Part shown: in pieces, positions 54,590 through 64,000 of the stretch
How positions within the stretch are numbered: the first letter of the stretch is position 1
Layout of the letters: every line of letters starts with the position of its first letter
Assembly (NCBI GenBank): GCA_951406725.2
Contig: OX597814.1
Span: 25,668,001-25,732,000 of the forward strand
From: Octopus vulgaris
Taxonomy: Eukaryota
DNA: 64,000 bases
Direction of reading: 5' to 3'
Made by a program: the position numbers and the translations under genes
Notes under the pieces: generated by a model
What the model was told of the DNA's origin: nothing
Database searches by the model: none
The model's input: only the letters and a program-made list of their open reading frames with translations

Positions 54590-54960
54590 TAATCGACCCC
54601 AGTACGCAGCACGTACTCAATTTATCGACCCCAAAAGAATGAAAGGCAAAGTTGACCTCAGCAGAATTTGAACTCAGAATGTAAAGACAGATGAAATACC
54701 GCTAAGCGTTTTGCCCAGCATGCCAACGTTTCTTATTTCTTTATTGCCCACAAGGGGCTAAACATAGAGGGGACAAACAAGGACAGACAAAGGGATTAAG
54801 TTTATTACATCGACCCCAGTGTGTAACTGGTACTTAATTTATCGACCTTGAAAGGATGAAAGTTGACCTTGGTGGAATTTGAACTCAGAACGTAACGGCA
54901 GACGAAATACAGCTATGCATTTCGCCCAGCGTGCTAACATTTCTGCCATCTCCCTGCCTA
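54590..54960 (-). mobile_element. Head-to-tail dimer of SINE family B; one unit carries a Tx1-like tail
   Basis: Two cores (54590-54728 and 54729-54960); tail 54737-54766 reverse complement TATGTTTAGCCCCTTGTGGGCAATAAAGAA. Confidence 0.85.
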
Positions 54961-55553
54961 AGCTAGAAAAAATACTGCAAGAGGATCTATCTGATACACT
55001 GATTACTAGTTTAATCCATCACTGCCACATGCATGTATTATTAGAGAAAAGATACAAATAATTTTGTAGTCTCTAAAAATGTATATATTCATTTCAAACA
55101 TTTCATACATAGATACATACATGCATATGTGTGTGTGAATAAATACACATAGACACACACATATAGACATAAACACACACATGCATACACATGTATGTAT
55201 ATGAGCGTGTTCGTGTGCATAGGCAGAATAACTACAACATTGTTTACAATTAATGTCAAGGGAGCCATAATTTCTTTATTGGGCATTCAAAAGGACATTT
55301 TTGCTGATTAAGACTATATGAATAATGAAAAATTTCAATAAATGTTTATTAATTTTGTTTTTTCTGCTGTTTGTAAATATGTATTTTCGAATAATTATGA
55401 ACGGAATCATGTCAGTGTGGTTAAGAATTTATTTTGTTTTTGCATTCTATCACACTCTATGGAATCTAATGTGTTTTTACCCATCCATATTTTGACCAAT
55501 ACCTTGTGAATGAAATGTGATATATGGCAACTGTAAATAAACTCATCATATGA

Positions 55554-55718
55554 GGCATAGGAGTGGCTGTGTGGTAAGTAGCCTGCTTACGAATCACATG
55601 GTTCCGGGTTCAGTCCCACCGCATAGCACCGTGGGCAAGTGTCTTCTACTATAGCCTCTGGCTGACCAAAGCCTTGTGAGTGGATTTGGTAAACGGAAAC
55701 TGAAAGAAACCCGTCATA

Positions 55719-55812
<94 letters not shown>

Positions 55813-56046
55813 TGTATGTGTGTATGTGCGTATGTGTTTGTGTGTCTGTGTTTGTCCCCACAACATCGCTTGACAACCGATGCTGGTATGTTTACATCCC
55901 CATAACTTAGCGGTTCGGCAAAGAGACTGATAGAATAAGTACTAGGCTTACAAAGAATAAGTCCTGGGGTTGATTTACTCAACTGAAGGCAGTGCTCCAG
56001 CATGGCCACAGTCAAATGACTGAAACAAGTAAAAGAGTAAAAGAGT
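55554..56046 (+). mobile_element. SINE family A with expanded internal (TA)n
   Basis: Head, core and tail intact; internal microsatellite about 130 bp. Confidence 0.9.
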
Positions 56047-56342
56047 ATATGGCCACATGCATAAATAGACACACATACACATATACACACATATATAAGA
56101 TATTTCTAACTTTAACCCCACTCCAACTCAATCCTTCTTAACTTACTTTTCCTATTTATAAACACCGTTCTCTACTAAACTATTTGCCAGAGTCTTCTAA
56201 TGAGGATATGATTTTTTATCACAGGTCTCTGAAAAGCCATGATAATACATCAGCAATATTATTGGACCTTATAGCATAATATACATGCTTATAGCACCAG
56301 GCATTGTTTATTTGAAAAAGCTGTTATGATAAGATTTAATTA

Positions 56343-56440
56343 ACCTGTCGAAGAGGTAGACCCAGGAAGACATTGGATGAAGTGGTGAAAAATGATCTTC
56401 AGATGTTGAACCTCACAAAGGACATGACAAGGGACTGACA
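56343..56440 (+). mobile_element. RTE LINE C-terminal fragment
   Basis: TCRRGRPRKTLDEVVKNDLQMLNLTKDMTRD. Confidence 0.7.
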
Positions 56441-57059
56441 GTTTGCTAAGTAGAATTATGGCCATCCATACATATTGGCATGTCTTTTACAACCATGCCA
56501 CCCTCATACATACACACATAATCTGTCCTCAGTCGAAACTGCCCACAACCCATCTTCCCAACACCCACCACCCACTTCAGGCTCCTCCAATTAGTCTCAT
56601 ACACATATCTGTACACTCTTCATACTCTCATATATTTACCATACCCCCCTCCCATCTGCTCCAGTTTCCCTCAGCCTCACTTGCGACAGTCATCTCTTCC
56701 CCATCTCTGAACATCTCCCTTCACACTCTTATGGACCATCCCCTTCTATTCCCTCAGTACCACCAATACTTCCCCCATTGTTCCCTGTGGGTGGGTCCCA
56801 ATACATCTCCAACACCCTCTATTTTCTCTCTCACACTCTCTCTCACTCTCTCTCCCTCCCCCTCTCTCTCTCCCAATCTCACTGTTTATCTTTCTCTCTA
56901 ACTCTATCTCTATTTCCCCTCCTATAGCCAAGTATCTCCTCTATAGTAAGACACCCATTTCTATCCTTCTATCCCTCTAACCTCTCTCCTTGCACAAAGC
57001 CACTTCCCTTGATTCCACTCTTTCTCCCAGCTGAAAGGTCTTCATCAAACATGTTACTT

Positions 57060-57265
57060 GGCAACCCCACTGGTGTTGGTGCCACATAAAAAGCAGCGGT
57101 ATTGGTGGTGCAAAAAGCAGCCAGTACACTCTATAAAGTGGTTGGTGTTAGAAAGGGCATCCAGCAACAGAAAAGATGCCTGGTGCAGCTTTCCAGCTTG
57201 CCAGCTCTGGTCAAATCATTCAACCCATGCCATCTTGACATACAGACATTAAATGATGATGATGA
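57060..57265 (+). mobile_element. RTE-type 3' tail element
   Basis: GGTGCCACATAAAAAGCA..CAACCCATGCC..(GAT)n. Confidence 0.75.
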
Positions 57266-57315
57266 TATACTTATACATATACATATATAAATACATACAT
57301 ACATACATACATACA

Positions 57316-57347
<32 letters not shown>

Positions 57348-57348
<1 letters not shown>

Positions 57349-57636
57349 CACCGTGATCACCATGACCGACCAGGCTATCAGATGTTGCTACACATCGCTG
57401 GTCACAACGCGCTTCACATTGTTTTAGCCTTCAAATGATGCCACACTGCTGCCTAAGCGAGCAGGCCAACAGAAGAAAGAGTGAGAGAGAGTTGTGGTGA
57501 AAGAGTACAGCAGGGATCGCCACCACCCCTGCCGGAGCCTCATGGAGCTTTAGGTGTTTTCGCTGAATAAATACTCACAACGCCTGGTCTGGGAATCGAA
57601 ACCGCGATTCTACAACCACTGGGCCATTGTACCTCC
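57348..57636 (-). mobile_element. SINE family C head and core with an alternative tail
   Basis: 57470-57636 matches 17325-17510; 57348-57470 is unrelated to the 17510-17717 tail. Confidence 0.85.
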
Positions 57637-57644
57637 ACACATAC

Positions 57645-57694
<50 letters not shown>

Positions 57695-58090
57695 ATTGCA
57701 GCATGGTATGCAAGTACATCTCCATAATATATATATATATATATACACAGTTTGATCTGAGAACATATATACATGTATGTATGTGTATGTATGTGTGTGT
57801 ATGCCTGTGTGTGCATGTTAAATGATGATGATGATGATATATATATGTATGTATATATGTGTGCGTGTATGTGTATGTGTGTGTGTGTGCATGCGTGCGT
57901 ATGTATGTACAAGTGTAGAAATGTTATATAAACGTGTATTCTTTCATCTGTCCTCTCCTGGAGTTAACCTTCATGTTTAATATGTTACATGCACCAGTTA
58001 TATGAGTGAATATCCTTTTGACATGATGAATAATTGATTTTTTTTTTCCATAACAGGAGAAAACAATTAGGCGATAAAAATAAGGTAACT

Positions 58091-58092
58091 GA

Positions 58093-58162
<70 letters not shown>
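58091..58162. repeat. (GAAA)n microsatellite
   Basis: Direct reading. Confidence 0.95.
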
Positions 58163-58164
<2 letters not shown>

Positions 58165-59329
58165 GGAAAGGCTGAAAGAAAAAAAGAAAGAAAAATACAT
58201 TTGAATTGATTGGAAAAGAAATTTTGAATATATTTAAAGAAAACTATAAAAAAAACAGCAGTTTGACCAGGTCAAAGGTAAAGATAACCACCATCTTCCT
58301 TTTTGTTTTGTTTTGTTTTGTGTTTTTTTTTTCATTTTTTTTTTTACATATAGATTTCCATTTGTTATGTCATTTTAGTTTTTAAACAACACTGTTGCAA
58401 TGGAAGATAAATCTCTAAGTACAAGGTATAGAAGAGCTTTTTCAATTTTACACATTTTTACATCCTGTAGAACTGGGGAAATATATCAAAACTTATTGAA
58501 CGGTGGATACAAGAGACTGGACGAAATGAGAGTAGAACTTCCTCTAAAATCACTCTTAAATTATGAACACATGAACACACAAACATATACATACAGACAG
58601 TTGTAGACACTCACCTACGCATACATACACACATACATTAAAAAACACACACATCAGCTCAAGAAAAAATCTTAGATGTCAGCTCACATCATATCTAATA
58701 CAAGTGCACCACCCAATTAATGTATGTTGTAGTTGTTAGCTTTCTTTGCCCATTCAGACAAAATGTTATTTGAGAAAACATACTTAAGTGAAGGAGGTAT
58801 TTCTCAAATTTTCTAAAGATTGTCTGGTTTTAGCTTGAATAAGCAAAGTTTTGATTGTTCTTTGATCAATTTTGTAACTAATATCAAAGAAAGCTAGTTT
58901 ATTTTATGTAAAATAATTCATTTTAACCATAGAATGTGCTGTAAATTAGATTATATATGTTTTTAGATATAGCAGGGTCACAATTTCTTCTGCTAAAATT
59001 AATAACCAACATCAACTAAAAATAAAATAAAAAAGCATTTCAGAGAATGTAGTACTTGAGTAGTTCTTATAATTTCTGGAAAAGTGAAAAGGAAAGTCAG
59101 TCCCACCAGGATTTGAAGACAAAATATATATGAACAATTAGAATGCATTTTATCTGCATTCTGCTAACCATCTAATCCGTTATTTGAATGGAATAGTGGA
59201 TGCTGGCATGTCTCTTGTTTATTGCAGCTTTCACAATCAATTATGTTTCTCAAGTCATATGATTAGCCCAACTTTTTGGAAAAATAAGACTGTGTAGGCA
59301 AAGGCATGGCAGTGTAGGTGTAGGTGTGG

Positions 59330-59800
<471 letters not shown>

Positions 59801-60124
59801 AGAGATCTAGATGATATTGGAACCCAGAACATAAACATATACTACAAAGTATCTCATTCAGTGCTCTAACAACTATGCTACTCTATGGGTTTCTGGATTA
59901 CTTTATTTGCTGAACTGAAGTAAATCAAAACATAATGTTAACCATGGCAGAATTTAAATGCAAAGCACAGAAGGCAGGATAAATACTTCATGGCATTTTA
60001 TCTGATGTGAGTCTCATGCTTGCTTAAAATAATTGATTAAGAAACTATGAAACTAAACAGAAAACAGACACTTTGGAATAAGCAAAACAATATAAAACTT
60101 CCAATAAAAGCATACAGGGTCAGA

Positions 60125-61253
60125 AATAATGTAAGGGGCTGAACCTAGAATCAAAGGTCTTAAAGTAAACTTAGCAAAAACTAAGGTCCTACTAAGCAAG
60201 AAATTGGACAGGACCCTTCATCCATCAGGTAAATGTCCCTGCTCAATATACAGGAAGGGTATAGGCATAAATTCCATTTGGTGTGCATCGTGCAAGCTAT
60301 AGGCAACAGAGGTGCATTGGAATAGGTGGAAGATTGATAGGGAAAGTAATGTTCATTTGTGGAAGATGTATGGGAGCCAAAAAGAGTAGAAATACATGGG
60401 AAACTGATTTTCTTAAATGTCCTGGTGGTTCACTGGAAGTTGTAGATAATTTTTGCTACCTAGGTTATCTAATTAGCAGTAGAGGAGGTTGTACAGAAAG
60501 TGCAATTGCTAGAATAGGATGAAAGAAGTTCAGAGAGCTTTTACCTCTTTTAGCAACCAAAGGTCTATCTCCCTGAGTGAAGGAAAGATTGTATGATGCA
60601 TGTGTACAAACTGTGATACTGCATGGTAGTGAGACTTATTCCCTGAATGTGGAGGACATGTAAAGGCTGGAGATCAAAACCAGCATGCACTAATGGATGT
60701 GCGATGCCAGTGTGCATGTGTGACAGCATTGGTGTATTGAGGGAAAAGTTGGGCATAAGAAGAATTATATGCAGTGTTCAACAGAGGAGACTGTGCTGGC
60801 TTTGTCATGTGATGCAAATCGATGAGGACAGCTGTATAAAGAAGTACAGAGCACTTAAAGTGGTGGGATGTTGTGGGAGTGGGAGACCCAGGAGGACATG
60901 AGGCATAGTATCTCAAAATGCTGAACCTTATGAAGGGGATGACAGAAGACCAAGATAAGTGGTGTATTGCTTTACTCAAGAAGACCCACCAACCACAACA
61001 GAATTGAGATCTTAAAACTAATGTGCCACATAAAAAGCACTGGTGCTCATACCACTTAAAAAACACTTGTGATGTTGCCACATAAAAAGCACTCAGTTCA
61101 CCCTGTGAAGTGGTTGGCATTAGGAAGGGCATCCAGCCATAAATAGCCAACTAAAGACTATGGAACCTGGTGCAGCCCTTGGCCTAACCAGTTCTTGTCA
61201 AGCAATCCAACCCATGCCAGTATGGAAAATGGATTTTAAATGATGATGATGAT
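60125..61253 (+). mobile_element. 5'-truncated RTE-clade LINE (RT end, PHD-like insert, 3' UTR, (GAT)n)
   Basis: GLKVNLAKTKVL, CPCSI..NSIWCASCKL..RC..FICGRC, LEVVDNFCYLG, KKFRELLPLL, LHGSET and GRPRRT, with stops. Confidence 0.9.
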
Positions 61254-61384
61254 TACAATAAGTTTTCTTTTAATATTGGAAGAATAAAATGTATATATGT
61301 GTATGATGCATGTGTGTGTGTATGTATATGAGTGAATGTGTGCGTGTGTGTGGGGGGGCATGTGTGCGTGTGTGTGTGGATATT

Positions 61385-61415
<31 letters not shown>

Positions 61416-61510
61416 TTATGCATCTTTCTCTATATAGCAAGTATCTTGAAAAAGTATTCAGTACATATTGGTGGATCTGTTAATTACAATTAAAATCCTG
61501 ATTTAAAATA

Positions 61511-62750
61511 TTACGTTGGCTACTAAGTTCCCGCCATTTTTAAAAATTTAAATTCTTTAAAAGGTTTAATAAAAAATAACAACTAATTAATCAATAATGT
61601 ATTCACCCTTGTTGTTTACAACTTCTTCCCAACGTTCAACAAGATTTTCAATACCTCGTTGACTCGAAAAATTGATCCAACCAAGCTTTCAATTCTGCAT
61701 CAGTATTGAACGAAACTCTGTGCATAGCATTTGAAAGAGATCGGAAGAGGTGGAAATCCGTTGGTGCCAAATCAGGAGAGTACAGCAGGTGTGGCAGCAC
61801 TTCCCAGCCATGCATTTGAACGGCTTCCTTGGTCATATTAGCGATATGAGGGCGGGCGTTGTCCTGCAGCAGAAGAACTCCATGCTGACGATTAGGTCTT
61901 TTCTCTTGAATAGCCCTGTTGAGTCGTTCCATCTGTTGAACATAGAGTTTTGTGTTGATCATTTGGTTCCATTCAAGCAATTCTTAATGGATAATCCTTT
62001 CCCAGTTCCACCATATGCACAACATCATTTTACATGGATGAAGATCTTGTTTCACACACAGTGTCACTTGTTTACTGGGGCTAAGCCATTCCTTATGCTG
62101 CTTCATATTAATACACAGGCACCATTTTCCATCACTAGTAATGATTCAGCAAAGAAATCATTACTTGTGTCCATGAGTTGAGCGGTGATGTGCAAGCAAA
62201 CGAGTGGAGATTGTGGCTCCTTGATTTTTGTTGATGTCACTTAAAGCATGCGGAACACATGCTCCATACTTCTGAACAGTTCCCATCGAGTAAAGATGCT
62301 TCTCTATAGCAGTGTGGGAGCATTCCATTTTCTCTGCCAGTTTCTTTGATGTTAGATGAGAATTTTCGTGCAAAAGTTGGTTAAATCGCTCTTCATCGAA
62401 CTCAACTGGACGGCCAGAATGAGGTGCATCTTTGACGTCAAAATTTCCATTTTTGAACTTGGCATACCAATCACAAGCGGTTCTTTCAGCTATGGCACCC
62501 TCTCCATACACAGCACAAATGTTGTGAGCAGCTTTTGTGGCCTTAGAACCTTGATTAAAAGCAAAAAGAAGAAGGTGTCGAAAATGCTCGTTTTTCTTAA
62601 CTTGACATTCCAGTTTAATGATCTGAAAATAAATAAATTAACAAGAAAAAAAAAAACAAAATAGATTCCAAAATGATTAAAAAATAGAATTCTTGAATAA
62701 AATAGATTCCAAAATTTAAATAAACAGCAGGAACTTAGTTGTCAACCCAA
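61511..62750 (-). mobile_element. Full-length decayed mariner (DD34D) with TIRs and TA flanks
   Basis: TA|TTACGTTGGCTACTAAGTTCC and GGAACTTAGTTGTCAACCCAA|TA; SGRP, CVPHAL, LQDNARPH and YSPDLAPTDFHLF motifs. Confidence 0.92.
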
Positions 62751-62880
62751 TAGTAATGCAAAACTAAGTATAACAAAGGTGAAATATCTTAGTTTTAGTT
62801 GCTTTTATTGTCATAGTGCCCCAGGATGACTGAAACAAGTTACGTGTGTATGTATATATATATATATAATATATATATTA

Positions 62881-63251
62881 TAAAAACACCATCCGATCGT
62901 GGCCGTTGCCAGCCTCGCCTGGCCCCCATGCCGGTGGCACGTAAAAAGCACCATCCGATCGTGGCCGTTGCCAGCCTTGCCTGGCCCCCGTGCCGGTGGC
63001 ACATAAAAAGCACCATCCGTCCATGGCCGTTTGCCAGCTCCGTCTGGCACCTGTGTGGGTGGCACGTAAAAAGCACCCACTACACTCACGGAGTGGTTGG
63101 CGTTAGGAAGGGCATCCAGCCGTAGAAACACTGCCAGATCAGACTGGACCTGATGCAGCCTTCTGGCTTCACAGACCCCAGTTGAACCGTCCAACCCATG
63201 CTAGCATGGAAAGCGGACGCTAAATGATGATGATGAGGATGATGATGATGA
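62881..63251 (+). mobile_element. RTE-tail element with three tandem units of about 62 bp
   Basis: Units at 62881-62941, 62942-63003 and 63004-63066, then the standard tail and (GAT)n. Confidence 0.85.
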
Positions 63252-63602
63252 TATATATATGATGCAGTTAGCCATAACTTGGATTATACTACAGTGCTTG
63301 AACAATATCTGCCTCAATCTGTTATACCTCCCTATTCACTGTGTGTGTGTGTGTGTGTGTGTGTATCTGTGTCTGTGTGTACAGAGAGGGAGAGAGATTA
63401 AGAATTAGTGTCTAACAAGAGAATGAAAGATGAGGAAAAAAGAAAAGGAAAATGGAAAGTAAGGGAAGGGTCAAGACTTAATGGGAGTTTAAAAGATATA
63501 TAAAAAATGAAGGAGCATTGGATCTAAGTTAGAAACCGAGTTTTTCTCTATTGGCAAGAAATCTTGATATAAAACAATGACATACATACATACATATATG
63601 AT

Positions 63603-63888
63603 GGACTCTCCAGTCGAAGACAACATATAAGCGTGTAGCTTTTGCCGAACAACCTGCACAAATAATTAGTTTACAGTGATCAAATGTTCATGCCACACAT
63701 TAGCTCACTCCATCAAATCAACATTGTCTGAACAGATGCACTGTGAACTATGCATCAGGTGTTGAAGTGATCACTGAGCAACGTGAGGTGAAGTGTTTTG
63801 CTCACGAATACTATGCACCAGTCTAGGAATTGAAATCACAATCTAGCAATTGTGTGTGCAACACCCCAACAACTAAGCCATGCACCTT
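63603..63888 (-). mobile_element. tRNA-derived SINE family D (diverged)
   Basis: Reverse complement head GGTGCATGGCTTAGTTGTTGGGG, B-box-like GATTTCAATTCCTAG, then GAGCAAAACACTTCACCTCACGTTGCTC. Confidence 0.65.
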
Positions 63889-64000
63889 TGAATGTATATA
63901 CATATACATACACATGCACACATGCACACACACACACACACACTTACATACATTTTTTTCTCACACACATGTATACACACAATGGGAAATTTGGTCTATG

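Overview
AT-rich, microsatellite-dense eukaryotic DNA with no host exon I can support. The repeat families (tRNA-derived SINEs with Nin/Deu-like and Meta-like cores, RTE LINE tails ending in (GAT)n, (TA)n/(CA)n tracts) point to a coleoid cephalopod, probably Octopus; this is an inference. The window is mostly decayed transposons: Tx1/L1, RTE, CRE and CR1-like LINEs, Penelope-like elements (Naiad/Chlamys-like and Neptune-like), a Gypsy LTR element, several Tc1/mariner copies, a pogo remnant, an Academ (XPG) remnant and two non-autonomous Helitrons. The most notable signal is a set of short, microsatellite-embedded, often fold-back Penelope-type end fragments carrying minimal type I hammerhead ribozyme folds. 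One of these (26769-26811) is structurally complete. Other highlights are a SINE whose tail matches the Tx1-like LINE 3' end and which sits inside another copy of itself, a repeat family with an internal tRNA-like promoter and terminal direct repeat, and a sharp drop in CpG density near 40 kb. Almost all short ORFs in the track are microsatellite artefacts. All alignments and counts were done by eye.
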